61,942 nt of DNA, filler included, from Sluysia triapertura (GCA_046118255.1; 5 parts of 5 records of this genome joined end to end with filler, not necessarily neighbours in it), one strand, 5' to 3'; shown: positions 12,880 through 26,594, numbered from the whole stretch's first letter. The notes: generated from the sequence alone by a model not told the origin. Made by a program: numbers and translations.

Positions 12880-15100
12880 ACAATTAAGAGTATCAAACAG
12901 AATAGTTACGAAGTAATAATAAAGCTTTGAGAAAATTTTTACGAAAATATCAATGAATATGAGAAAAATCGCCACAAATCAACTAACTGTCAGAAATTAC
13001 GCGAAATCGGTTCATGTACAAAGTTTGATGAAATTTACCGATGTTAATAACGATATCCTCAAAACAAGTAACAATATGTTAGCGAAGCAATTATTAAAGA
13101 ATCCTAACGAGTCTAATCAAATTTATTCAGATCAAAACCTAGAAATATGTTTATAAACATATGTTCAAATGTTTATTACGTATTATCCTTTAGCGATCCA
13201 AATAGGGTTATCATTCAAACTATTACCACTTTCGTTATTTTAGAACATGATCCAAGTAATTCCTGTAATACATTAAAGAATAAAGATAGTTGTTATTCCG
13301 AAATGCTTAGAACGAATGTTGGTGAAGAAATAAAAACTGTAAGCTATGATAAAATGCTAGTAATGAACAATAGTGAGAATATGCGATCTAATAAGTCAAG
13401 TTTTAAAGATTTAACTGAGTTAGCTATTAGTCGAAGCTAATAAAATTAACATGTATGAATTCTACATCTATGATATTATTCTCGAGAATTCCGTTGTCAA
13501 TATTCGAACTAAGACAACAAAATTTCATCTTCAAATTATCGAATGCCACAAATCATTAGTATACTCAGAGATGAATTTGTAAACCATGATGATGTAAATT
13601 TAGACAATAATCTATGCAGCGTGACAAAAAAAACAAAATTAAATCGTTTTACCACAATCTATCTAATCGTTCAAAGGCCATCGCCATAACTCAAAGTAAA
13701 ACAATTAATTCGCTAGTAAGCAGAATAATCCCTGACGTCAGACTAGTATCAGACATGTCTTCTGTAAACGATTTTAACAACGATCTCTATGAATTTATTA
13801 TCAACAAATTTTGGTATAAGATAAATCGCAATTCAGAAAAACTTTTTGAATGTCTAAAGAAATTGGTCATACTAAGATATATCGCTACACATAAAGTTAA
13901 TGGTCTCAATTTAACGTTACAACTCGACCAACTAGCAGCATTGCCAATAATCAATCAAGAACATGATTCGAACATAAGTTATTTAGAGATACGTGAATTT
14001 GTGGACAAGACCTCTTATAGTAATATATTAGATACAATAAACATAAGCTAAAGATCCCTGGACTGCAACAAGTTGTGATGATGCGGAAAGGAAGAGTAAA
14101 AGAAATTTTTCGTTCAAAATTTAAAATTGTTATTTTAGATAATAATATTGTTGTATTAAAAATCTTTTTAATCATTTTAACGGATAAATTAAACGACTTA
14201 AGTTTATTACTTAGACATGAAAGAATTTCATACTATTACATAAATTATGTAAACAAATTGTCTTCGAGATGTAACTCTTTGATATTAAATGAAATAAAGG
14301 ATGAAATTAGAATCAGATTTAAATTCATACACACAACAAACTACGCGATATTATCTAATTTTATTTCACAACCAAACCTTTTATTAAACCTTATAGTGAC
14401 AATGATTTGCCTTCCTATATCTTCGCAACTTATAAACCTTAGAATAAATGTAAACCATGTATCAAACAGGAACCAGTTTAATATAATCGATATTAATTTA
14501 TTAAAAACAATTTTATTAAGATCCTATACATCCTTTAAACCAATAACTCAAAATAAATCATTTAAACTCCCAAATTGGTGTCAGAAGTATTATACCACCA
14601 CAACTCAGTCGAATTTAGCTATGATGTTGCATTTTGATTGAGTGACCAATCAACAGGCGAAGTATCTACAATTGGTGATGTTGTAGATTGGTGAAGTATC
14701 TAAAAGATCCAAAATATACCAAATCTGATAAAGCTGTTGGAGTAATGTTATCAATTTTAGTCACAATTTATTGATTTTGGAATAATCATCAATGAGCGTC
14801 ACGTGCATGCTACAATTTTAGACGCAAGAATGATTCGTATGACTTCGTGGAGTTGATATTTAACGGTTAATACTACAAAGGTGAATTTTAATCAAATTTT
14901 TAAACTATTCATGTACAAAGTACCCATTATTGAAACTATGTCATTTAAATATCAAATCGTGGATCATATTTTGTTGAAAATTTTATTAACCACAAAATAC
15001 AATCATTTACTTTTACTTACCGACATCGATTCACTTTTTATCACAAGTACAGTTCCTCCAGAAACAAAAGATATGTCTAGAGTTAGTTCAAATTGAGTAA
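12880..15100 (+). mobile_element. Decayed transposable element 5' region with Ulp1-like (peptidase C48) remnant; NeSL-like non-LTR element suspected
   Basis: Chain of broken plus-strand ORFs (12953-14641), then at 14635-14860 *LSDQ..KYL (cf. WLxD..I..YL), CWSNVINF..FIDF (cf. HW.L.VI...YFDS) and KNDSYDFV (cf. QxNSYDCG). Confidence 0.45.
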
Positions 15101-15180
15101 GCTCAAAACATCATTACGTTGACAAGGAGTTATCATATAAACACTCCAAAATTTATCTTCTTCAATCTAGATATTATTAA

Positions 15181-15285
15181 TGCGGCTTGTGTTTATGTGC
15201 AAAAGCACAAAGCGGAAAGTCTTCCAGATATGGTGAGGACTGTATCTGCAGCTCACCATTCGACCGTAATGATCAGATTTTCAGA
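15181..15285 (+). pseudogene. Integrin beta cysteine-rich (EGF-like) repeat fragment
   Basis: CGLCLCAKAQSGKSSRYGEDCICSSPFDRNDQIF fits CGxCxC-x~10-YGxxCxC..F.DR.NG.IC; preceded by an in-frame TAA; locally GC-richer than its flanks. Confidence 0.5.
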
Positions 15286-17214
15286 ATCAGCCTCTTGGTA
15301 TCGGACATTAGCTCATCAACAGCACACTTCAATACTTTGCAGGACCTTAATGTAATACTAAGTTTTAATTTAATTTATTTTTATCAATTACACATTTATA
15401 TTATTCATATTCTTTTAGGATTTCGATGTGTATTCAAGAAAAAAATAATTTTTATCCCAATCTCTAGATATGTGTCTTTAATAAATAGTTTTAGCTTTTA
15501 TTTTTCCAATTTTTTGTTAATTAAAAATTAAAAAGTAATTTTATTCGTGAAGATCACATTTCTATTAAATATATTTTACAAATACAATTAAAATTTAGTA
15601 AGTCTAAAGAGCTTATAAAGTTATTTAATTGTAACAAGTTTAGATTTTCTATTATAACATAACTTTACTCCAACCAAAAACCATAACAACATTTATACAT
15701 ATAGTTAACAGAAAACATAAAATAATAATTATAATAAACATAGTATTTGGAAATAATAATTTAATTAATGCTACAAACGACTAATTCGAAGATTATTTAA
15801 ATCTTATGATCAAAAATAAATTATGTTTTCACAACATCTCGTCAGTGTCAGCTTTAAATGAACAAATATTCATAATCAATTACTTTATTTTCATTTTCAT
15901 TATAACATTTTCAAACTTATTAATAATTTTAAATGTTTTGTTTTATCTATCACAATTACTGGAAAAATAATTAAATTTGTTAAATAATAATTTAAATAAT
16001 ATTTTCAATTAATAAATTTGCAAAATATATTAAAATATTAAAATTTAATACAAATACACTATTTAGTTTTATTTTAAATTTTCAATAAAAAATTTGTCAA
16101 ACAAAAATAATGTAGATTATAAATTATTTTTGTTTTAATTTATCTTAATCAATACACAAATTGATTTTTTCTAGAACATAATTTAAATATTTCATTAGTA
16201 ATAGATATTAAATAAAATATTCAAAAAAATTATTTTGTAGAAAATATGCAATAATCAGTAAAATATTGTAATTAAATGTCTGCAGATGAATTTAAAATTT
16301 GAATTTAAAATTATTTTCCAAATTAATAAATATTAGTACCAATACAAAAAAGAAATGAAAATATTACATTTTTTTCTACTTTATAAGCCACAAAATTTTA
16401 AAATCATTTCAATATCAAAAAATGTACTTTTATGGTGATTGTTATTTTTATGGAAAACAAAAACCTGTATTAAAATCAGCATAAAAATCTGTAATTACTT
16501 TTTTTAATTTTATGGCAGGCAAATAGATATAATATAAAAATATAAAAATAAATTAATGAAAATAAAAATAAAGCATTAGACTAAGCTTTGATAAATCAAT
16601 GATAATTTTCTAAAATTGTTTAATTACAATTACAATTAATTAATTAATTATAATAATTAATTTTTTTACTTTTATTTTTATTAATTAAATAGCATTCTTA
16701 ATTTATAGTAATTTATTTTTTATTGTTCTTTTATTTATTATTGTTTAAGTAACGAAAATGTTTTTCGTTTCAATGTTAAATAAAAGTAAAACATTTAAAG
16801 AGATTTAAGTTAGATTACTAATTACCAAAAAATATTAAATTTCGAATGAAACGTTTTATAATTTTTTATTGGTAAATATTAAATTAAATATTTAATTATA
16901 ACTTTAAGTATTTCTTATTAATAAAAAGCGAAATAAAAGCCAAATAAAAATAGCAAAACGTTTCATTATAAATAATTATTTTTGCCTTATTTTTATTGTT
17001 AAATTAATAGTAACGATAATTATTATTATTAATAATAATGATAATATTATTAATTATTATTATTATTTTATTATCATCAAAATTTCTATAATAAACTTAA
17101 AAATTATTTGAAGATTATTATAAAATTTCTGTTTCTAATCAAAACTACTTTTGTTAATTCTTTTTTATGCCTAAATATTTTAGAAAATTTAGTTATAATT
17201 AGAAATTTTGTTTT

Positions 17215-17664
17215 AGTATTTATTTTTGATTTCATGGTAGCAGAAATAAAATTCGCGATGAAAGATCTCCAGAAAAAATCTCCTATCTATAATCCCCAGG
17301 AGGAAAAATTGCTTCAAAAACAAAACCATCAGTAAAGTATTGTAGAATTTATTGGACAACTAAATATAACAAAATTTGTAAAACAAAAACCAAAATTAAA
17401 AGCAACTAATCGATGTATTTATAAGAATGTCTTTTTTCGTTGTATTAGAGAATAACAGTATTGGTTTTATACTGTAATTTTACTTATTATTGGCTAATTG
17501 TTTTTATTTGATACGAATTATTGAATTTAAATTTTTCGACACACACTCTTTGTCTATGTTAAATGTACATCGTTCATATTTATTATGACATGAGCAAATA
17601 TTACATGTTTCATCTTTTAATTTCAGAGTTTCAGTATTTATTTTTGATTTCATGGTAGCAGAAA
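17215..17664 (+). repeat. Perfect 32-bp direct repeat pair
   Basis: AGTATTTATTTTTGATTTCATGGTAGCAGAAA at 17215-17246 and 17633-17664. Confidence 0.9.
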
Positions 17665-17896
17665 CACTTGTTATTTATTTACAATAATTAATAAGTCATA
17701 TTTTCTTTTTACAATTGAAATTATTTCTTGTAACTTTAACTAATTTGAATTTGATATATGAATTTATTATGCACTATTTATTGCTTTATACATTTTTAAT
17801 GATCTTTAATAGATTGGTTTATATAATTATAGAAACTTTTAATACTGCACAAGTAATTTTTCTGCATAAATTTTTTCTTATTAATAGTTCTATTAA

Positions 17897-17897
<1 letters not shown>

Positions 17898-17948
<51 letters not shown>
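17898..17948. repeat. (ATT)n microsatellite
   Basis: About 17 perfect units. Confidence 0.95.
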
Positions 17949-18381
17949 TATAGTTATAATTTATTATTCTACAAGTAGTGGAAATAGTCGATGATTCATT
18001 CGAAAGCAGATAATTAAGGAAATTGAAAAAGTTCAACCTTCGAATAAGATTCAGGTATAAAGATTGAACAGAAATTGAACAAGTACTTGAAGAGAAAACA
18101 AGTAGGACTAAAAATAAATAAGTTGATGTATTTATTGTAAAAACATTTTGATTGTAATATTAAAATATCAAATTAGAGTTATTTTACTGACATCATCGGA
18201 ATATATTATTGGTGACTAGTTATCTATGGGTCAACAATTGGAAAAATAATTTTAATCTATTGTGTAAGAATAGTTAAACATTATAATTTAATAAATTGTA
18301 AAATTTTATAAATATCTGAAGTATCATCATTTGAATTTTTGTGACTTTCTTCATTATTCATCATTAATTTCAAATAGTATA

Positions 18382-18905
18382 TCGTGTTTCTCCGAAAATA
18401 AGCCCTGATTGATACCTAATAAAAGTCAATGAATGGCTTGGGCAGAGTTCAATGCATTCTTTAGCACAATTAGTTTTACATTACAATACATTCTGAGATA
18501 CTTTCATTGTCAAAGCATTCTGGTTCATTTTCTGACGGTGACTACAAGATTCTGATTGTGATTTACTTTTACACAATCATCCAAGTAAGATTTTTTTTAG
18601 CAATAATCAAAACACTTCACCTTTGACGCACAATATCATTGAGAATGACTTAAAATGATGAAATTCAGTTAAATGAAAACTCCGCAGAAACTTTGGAATC
18701 CAAATGACTTGCAAGACATTCCAGAGGACGACGATATGGTCATCTTGAATGATTTCCAATTCATGGTTTTTAAACATAAAAAGTGTTATTCTTTAGTACA
18801 TTTAGAAATTTCATAATTCTAAATATGACACCCCAACAAAATAAGGCATAGTATCATAATTTGGACTGAAAATTAATATAAGCCCTTATTTTCGGGGAAA
18901 CACGG
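18382..18905. mobile_element. Non-autonomous Tc1/mariner-superfamily element (Tc2/pogo-like TIR), copy 1
   Basis: TA-TCGTGTTTCTCCGAAAATAAG ... CTTATTTTCGGGGAAACACGG-TA; interior homologous to 26595-27149. Confidence 0.85.
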
Positions 18906-20339
18906 TATTTACCAGACAATTTAGAACGGTTTTATTTAAATTAAACTCAAATACGAATTTTTTACCTGGAGGATTTAAAACGATTAATAAAATTAAAAAT
19001 TTTATTTTTAAAATTCAAATTAACAATAAAGAAACATTCTTCTGATAATTTAACATCATTAACCGTACTAGATTTAAGTTTTAATCGCACACGTTTTTAT
19101 TAATGACTATTTTACTGGTATTAAATCTAAATAAACAACAACCAGATTATAACTGAGTTAAATGGCATCAATTTCGATTTACAAAATTTGAATTATTTAA
19201 CCGTTTTTGATAATAATCAAGTCATATGACTCATTTAATTAGTGTTTGCATAATTTAAGTGATGCCATGTTTAAAAATTTATTTATTTGGATTTATCAAG
19301 AAATTCGATCAAATTTTGGTCATCTACAACGTCTTTAAGTTTAACCAATACATTATAAGTTTTAAATATGAGTTACAAAGTATTAAAACTGTAAAAAGTA
19401 TGTGACTGATTTTTAATCCATTTCGAAAAATTAACACACGAATTGTGAAAATATGAATTGCTTAATTATGATGAAAAATAATATTTATGAATTCGATAGA
19501 TTGGTTTTTAATCAAGTTGAATATGGATGCCAGAATTACATATGAAATAATGAGAAGTAATTGTTCGAATTATATTAATAAAAAAATTAATTTAAAATCA
19601 AGTCAATTCAATTGGTTGTGTTTATAATTATTATAACTTTAACATTATTTGTGGTCTTCAGACGTACTTGTGTGTCGACTACTAGGCAGTTAAAACATTC
19701 ACTACTTTATTAGTTAGTACTTAAATGAGTAATTGCATTAGCAATTTTAGAAATAAGATATAAGCATCTTAAGTGCTACTGTAAAACTTTAAGTATCTTC
19801 ATGAATAAAATTTGTAACACCTTTAAAACCTCTAACTTAAAATCCTATCTATTAATTTTTCCTAAATATTTCATAAAAATATTATTACGCTAATAATAAT
19901 TATAAAATTCAAAACAATGTTTAAATGATTTCATAAAGCATTATATTATTCAAATAGAAGCGAAATAAAGAGGCCACTAAATGAAATTAATATAATAAAA
20001 GTGCAAATCGATTTTCTTTAATTCTCTTTATTTTCTTCGATATTTCTATTTAATTTTCGATAATTTTCAACAACTTCTTTTGTTATTTATATGTTCAATT
20101 TTGACTTTTAAGCAATTTTAATTTAAATAAATATTGTTATTTGTTTTGTTAATTATTTAATAATTTATACTTTACAATTTTTCTTTTGAAATTGAATAAA
20201 ATTTATACATGGATTTGTCCCAAGAAAAAAATATTATTATTATAAAATATTAATTAATATTTAACCATTGTGACTTGTGATGCAGATGGTACAAATGGGT
20301 ACAGATTGTACCGAAATGGTTAAACATTTTTATTCAATA

Positions 20340-20640
20340 TAGTCGAAAATGAAATTGTAAACTGTCGAGATTCATGTTTTCTCTATAACACATTTTCGCT
20401 AAGTAAAATGAATAAAGTGGATGCAGTAACAATTTGGGTATAACGATTTTCTTAGATTACTTGTCAACCAAAAAGATCTTTACCTATTATTTCCTTGAAT
20501 CTTGAGAAAATTTGCATTTAGTATAACTTTTTATGAAGCTGGATTTCAAGAATGTTCCTCAAACATATTGTGACTATCTATGGGCTTTTATTTTCATGAA
20601 TTTTTAGATAATTTGTTCGCTTGTAAAATTTTTTAGTGAT
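20340..20640 (+). pseudogene. Possible further decayed copy of the Cys-rich secreted family
   Basis: (C)..CRDSCFLYN fits the CxxCxxxCxxxN pattern of the other copies if a 2-nt deletion is assumed; many stops. Confidence 0.2.
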
Positions 20641-22849
20641 TGCTTATTCTTTGTTAAGTGACTTCAAGTGATATTAAGTACATTAAGCCTTGTATATATA
20701 ATGTTCTTAGAATCCGTATTATTAATGATTCAATTTCATAAGCATTTTATCTACTTTTAACAAATAGTAGATTAAATGATTACAAAATGTAATCTGAAAA
20801 AAATTACATTTGTTACTTTTAATCTTGCATGCATTTAGTGTACCAATTTAAATGTAAAACATAATTCATAGTTTATATAATTTCTTTTTAAATAATAATG
20901 TTTACACAATAAATTAAAAACAGATTTATAGAATTATTAATAAATTTGTATTATCGAAATCAATCTAATTATAATTTCAGTGTATTTATTATTTTTTAAA
21001 GTATATTTTAACTAATCTGAAAATAAAAATAAGCATACACGACTTTGTGATTGTTGCATTGTGAATTTTATTTTTAATTAAATATATTTATTATTTATAT
21101 ATCATCTATCTTACAGGTTTATATTTTTCTATAACTTCTTATATCAAATATTAAACTTTAAAATAAAAATAAAATAAAAGCTTAAAATAAACTTTAAATT
21201 GAAAAATAAAAACATTAAAATATGAAAAAATTATTAAATGAAAATTATATTTTCTGTTTTTATTTTGAAAATTTAAAACAACATAACTATTGGCTAATTA
21301 GGTTTTTTTGGTACCGATTTGTTGTACAGTTGCATTTATTTTGAAATTGAATATGGTGTATTCGTTTGATGTACGCGATAAGTACTAAAGTTTGGTTATC
21401 GTTTAAGCTTATGTTTGTTTTAAACTTGTTAGTATGTTTAAGGACAACAGATGTATCATTGAAGCATTAACAGTAGCTATATCGTGCATTTCATAAAGGC
21501 GATCCAATTTTGAAAGATTTTGATGTCTTAATGTAAAAAGCTCAAGACATAATATTATATAAACTACCTTTCAAGTTTTATTTAATTTTCCAAGAATACG
21601 GCATATTTATGTTAGTTATAGACTCAATATTACATTGTTTATTGTTTACGTATGTGTTCAATTCTGTTTACAAATAACAATAAATATAAAGTATTAATTG
21701 ATAGTCTTATTAAAATAAGTTTACGTAACTATTTTCGGTTCAAATTTATTCCAATCTGAATACCAATTAATATAATTTTGTTAATCACTCTATCCTTATA
21801 ATTTTCTTTTATCTCAATATTAATGATATGGAAGAAAAGATATTTTTTATCTTTGGGATCAGAATTTCCAAGACAAATAAATAGCAAATTGTTTATATAA
21901 AATAAATACATTAAAGGAACAATTATAAAAATGAACTTTAAAAGTTATGAACCATAAAGTGCATTACGATCTTTTTCTTCAAATTCTACCACCATCTTTT
22001 GGTATTGCACTGGAATAAACTAAGCTGTAAATTGTATATGAATAATATTATGTACTTAGTTACGTCGTAGCAAAGTAATGTTGACCTATGTCAATGATTT
22101 ATATTAAGGTCTAAATATTTATTTATGTCAACAAAACTCGAAACATGTTGCGTTTCACATTCCCTAACAAAATGATAAATTTGGATAATAGATGTACTAT
22201 AAAGATTTAATATTATTTATAAACAATTAAGCAAAAAAATACAATTGTGATAAATTAGTTAAATAATCAAAATTAACATATTTTTATTCTAAAAACTTTA
22301 GTACATTATAAACATGATCATAAAGAGTGCATCTTTGTTTATAGGTGCGACAATATTATCTATCTTATGACACGCATATATGAATCTGGAGACGAGTTCA
22401 CCTAATAGATGCGGCTTATATCTGACCTCGTACGTGTCCTCGTTATAAAATTTTCTGTACTTATATTAATTTTAAATCCGCCATTTTGTTATTATTTACT
22501 AGAATTTTCATACGTTTAAACAATTATCAATTTGTTTAATTTAAACAATTTAAATTAAACTAATTTAACTAATTTTTTAAATTTAATTTTTTGTTTATAA
22601 TTTTTGTCTTTATAATATTGGTAATATTTTTTCCAGAATAAAAACAAATAAAAATAGAAATAATGATTATTGGTATATTTACTCTCACATAGGTATAAAT
22701 GAATCACAGAAGACTAGCATAACAATTTCGTAGTACAGATAAGAAAACAAAGCACATGAATTGTTAAAATTCATCTTACATACATTTTATTTTTTAAATT
22801 TTTATGTGTTTTGGCCAAAACCGATCTTTCTACTAATCTAGCATTAAAA

Positions 22850-23100
22850 AATTTTTTGGTTACAAGATTATGAAGCAGATTGTTTAATATTTTGCGTGAT
22901 TTCTCACAAAGTTTTAATTCCTAGTAACTTTACTACTTTATCGACACGATTGTAACGAGCACATAATGTTTTACTTTCGGTACCTGAACAAATTAATTTT
23001 ACATTGTGAGTATTATGAACAATAAATTAACATGAATACTAATTATACAATTACTGATAGAGCAATTGTGACTACAACTGAAACATTTAACAGTAGCATA
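22850..23100 (-). pseudogene. Second decayed copy of the Cys-rich secreted family
   Basis: VKCFSCSHNCSISNC ... HNTHNVKLICSGTESKTLC ... EITQNIKQSAS*SC aligns by eye with RCYDCSSTCWSANKC ... HNINQTSSVRSGEANDGKC ... EFIMKYIRRSYTRKC at 2500-2955. Confidence 0.4.
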
Positions 23101-23504
23101 TTAAATATAGTTTCAGCAAAGTTTCAAAAGGCACATAATCACATAATTCACTTAATGTCATATATTCACCTTCAATTACAACTACAAGTTCTCTAAATTT
23201 CTCTTTTATAATTATTTTAACACTTTCTAGTTATTCATGCTTATACAAATTTATACACATTAACTATCTTTTCTTTTTTGATCAAAATTATCAAAAGCAC
23301 AAAATCCGTTTTAAATGCTCTCAAAATTTAATTCGCATACTTTTAATTTGCATGTTTATTCAAAATCATTAAGAGTTTTGTCAAAATTTGTGAGCGTTTT
23401 TGGTAGTTAATTTTTTAATATTATTTTTACGCAAAATTGATTTTTTATTTACAAATTTTTGTCTATGCACAGCTAACCTAGACGGTTTATTTAATTATTA
23501 TCAA

Positions 23505-23546
<42 letters not shown>

Positions 23547-23570
23547 TAATTATTATTATTATTTATTATT
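23505..23570. repeat. (ATT)n microsatellite, imperfect
   Basis: Direct inspection. Confidence 0.9.
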
Positions 23571-24281
23571 ATATTAAAGTTATTCTTCTTTAATTGTTAT
23601 CTTTTCGTTCCGATGAAACTTAGTTTTCTTCTTTACTCTGATCAATTATTTGCTTGTTTTTCTATAATTTTTTTGAATTTCATTTAAATTAACATCATAA
23701 TTACTCAGTTGTTCATAGAATTCTTTAATCTGCTCACCGTGAATAAAGAATAGTGTTTTAAACTTTACATTTCTTTTAATAACTTATCTTTTTCTTGTTT
23801 AACTTTCGATTCAAAATGTTGAAATTTCTTTTCGGAAAGTTCAGATTCGGTTTCCAAGTATTTGTTTTGTGTTTTTGTTACTTCAAATTGTGTTGTTAAA
23901 AACGTTTTGTTTATTCAAATCTTCGATTGATAATGATTTATTGTTTTCTGCTTTGAAAGTAACATCCAACTGAATATTTTGCTGAAATTTTACATTTATT
24001 TATTCAAAAATTTATCTGCGCAAATTCATTATCATTACATACTATTAAACATTATATAAGAAAGTTTTAAAGAGTTAACTGTTAGGAAAATGGTGAATTG
24101 TTATGAGACTTAATTAAGAATTTTGTTTATTTTACTATGAGTGAAAATTATATTATTTTTAACCGATTTTTGTAATAGATTGCACCACCACACTAACAAC
24201 TCATATTAACTCGTTCGCTACCAGGATATAATTTGAAAAACTGTCTAAGAAAGTAAAATAAACATTCTCATAAAGTGGCAC

Positions 24282-24381
24282 NNNNNNNNNNNNNNNNNNN
24301 NNNNNNNNNNNNNNNNNNNNNNNNNTTAATTAATTAANNNNNNNNNNNNNNNNNNNNNNNNNNNNNNNNNNNNNNNNNNNN
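24282..24381. other. Artificial contig linker
   Basis: 44N-TTAATTAATTAA-44N. Confidence 0.97.
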
Positions 24382-24689
24382 TTATTATTTATTGTTACAC
24401 TTAATTAACTCTAAATGCGAAGAAACGATTTAATTTCAAACATAATTAGTCTAATTATTATTATAATTATAAAATTGAAAAATGTTTTAATTTTTCAGTC
24501 TAATTAAATAAAGGCTTTGTAAATTCAGAAGTAAATAAAATTATTTATTTATTTATTTATTGTTGTTATCCTTATCCTTATTATTATTATTAAATGTACT
24601 TATTTATTTATTTATTTAAGTAAAAGAAAATATTTACTTCCAAATATTTATCCATTTGAATTTAAATGACAATAAAAATTAAAACTTAC

Positions 24690-24722
24690 TTTTGCAAGTA
24701 ATATTTTTTCTTTGTTTTTCAT
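24690..24722 (-). CDS. Candidate 33-nt microexon, possibly of the minus-strand MBOAT gene
   Basis: cttttcag|ATGAAAAACAAAGAAAAAATATTACTTGCAAAA|gtaagt; phase-0 reading MKNKEKILLAK is compatible with the phase-0 end of exon 30136-30286. Confidence 0.35.
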
Positions 24723-25144
24723 CTGAAAAGAATAATAATTATTAAATAAATTTATAATTTTAGTACCAAAATTGCTTTTAATTTCACTATCATATTCTAC
24801 ATTTACTCTTCGAATGCCTGTTTTACAACAATACTATTTAAACAATTAATTCAAATCGAGTGTGGAGTATATTTTACACAATTACAGCTTCTGTAGCAGA
24901 TATTTTTAAAATAAATATTAACAAAGCAAAACTTGAAAATATCATTTTATAATTTGTATCGACATTGGTAATCCTACTAAATGTCATAATAACGAAGAAC
25001 ACAGTAACTCAATCTTCCGTAGAAATAATAGTTATGTAACAAGTTGACACATTTAAGATATTGAAAACTATAATATTATTTTTGTATATTTAAGTAGAAG
25101 TAATATGTCAGACCTTCAAGGATGAAATTTTTGGAAAAATGAGT

Positions 25145-25548
25145 ATTCTTTCATATACTTTTGCCATTAAAGTGACAGGTTGCTCAGGCCGGTGAAATAA
25201 AACCCTGGCGAACAAGAGCGTCAATAAAATCTTAAAAGGCCAGTTTTACAATTTTGTCGGAATTAAATTGTTTTCCTATTAAATAGTTCTCCACATTGCA
25301 GAAAAAGTGGTTACTTTACCTCAATCGTTTGTGTAGTGTAGTCTGTTGACCAATCTAAGCTGTTTTACTTTAAGTTTTTGCAACATTTCAACCAGTTACT
25401 TATGCTTTAATTCTGATGTGATCGATGAGACAGATTTCATGAAATCATAATGAATCATACCTCCGCTATACCACCAATCACACTCACCAACAGCTTCTTT
25501 TGATGAATATTGCGCTTTGGAATAAGCTTTGGAGATGCATCTTTCATC
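25145..25548 (-). mobile_element. Mariner transposase remnant, internally deleted
   Basis: PKRNIHQKKLLVSV/WWYSGGMIHYDFM...MLQKLKVKQLRLVNR, then HFFCNVENYLIGKQFNSDKIVKLAF; catalytic-domain and C-terminal mariner motifs. Confidence 0.85.
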
Positions 25549-25592
25549 TTTATGATTATTATGATTATAATTATAACAATTATGACTATTTC

Positions 25593-25593
<1 letters not shown>

Positions 25594-25670
<77 letters not shown>
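25594..25670. repeat. (ATT)n microsatellite
   Basis: About 25 units; source of the spurious poly-I and poly-Y ORFs. Confidence 0.95.
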
Positions 25671-25671
<1 letters not shown>

Positions 25672-26594
25672 AAGTTGAACTCCACGATTTCTAATTCAAT
25701 AGAATAAATTGTGGTCAATAAAGAAATGAATTTTCTAAAAGTTACTTAATAGATACAAATGAAAAATTAATGAATAATGTCGATTGTACATAGAGTTCAT
25801 TTTTCAGAAAGGTATTTATTTTCAGGCATACAAATAAAGAGATTTGTCACTTAAAATTGCTGCACACCTAGTAGATAAATTGAAAATATTTGAATTAGAT
25901 ATTTATAAAATAAAACTTAAACCTTGTCCCACATGTTTATTATTATTAAACCACATGTACATATTATCAAGTACATCTTTAAAAGAAAAATATATTCATA
26001 CTACATAAGCAAGCCAAATATTAATGATAAATAAAAACAAATGATAAAAAACGTGATAGATCAAAAACGTACTTTTTCTATGATTTATACTTTTTATTAT
26101 GATAACTGATAATACATTGCTTTTATAAATGAATATAAATTCAATAAGAAATTGTAAAATCACATTAATTCTGAAACACTGAATATTTATTAAATTTTTA
26201 AAATGTATTTTATTTTAAGAAAATTCATAATATCCGTTAATCGATGTTGACAATTCAAATATTTTATTTATTTTTATTTTATTATTTATTATTTACTATA
26301 TTATATTATACATTATAATTTGTATACTTTATTATGTACTATATTACGTTTTGTATTACATATTATTATACATTAATTAAATTATTTATTGAAGAGTTAT
26401 TAGAAATATATGTTATTAATATCAATTTTTATTTAAAATGTTATAAAAAAGTTCGCCATTTTGAGATGAGTATAACTTCAATCCTAATCAAAAGACGTAG
26501 AGGCGAAGTTTCAATAGCCCTGCAGAATAAATAGTGTAAAAAATAAAAGGTTTTAAGGACACTAGTAAGATTATAATGTATTATAATGTATTAT

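Noticed and set aside
15181-15350. RNase P/MRP-like RNA (hairpin followed by GGAAAGTC, possible long-range pairing with GCAGGAC)
   Set aside because: Too short, no P1/P2 closure found, and the integrin-beta Cys spacing explains the GC-rich island better. An Infernal search would settle it.
23600-24000. Coiled-coil coding remnant on the minus strand
   Set aside because: K/E/N-rich composition is expected from AT-rich DNA; no family motif.
25455-25718. Poly-I, poly-Y and poly-N ORFs here and at 17715-17978 and 53121-53367
   Set aside because: Produced by (AAT)n microsatellites.
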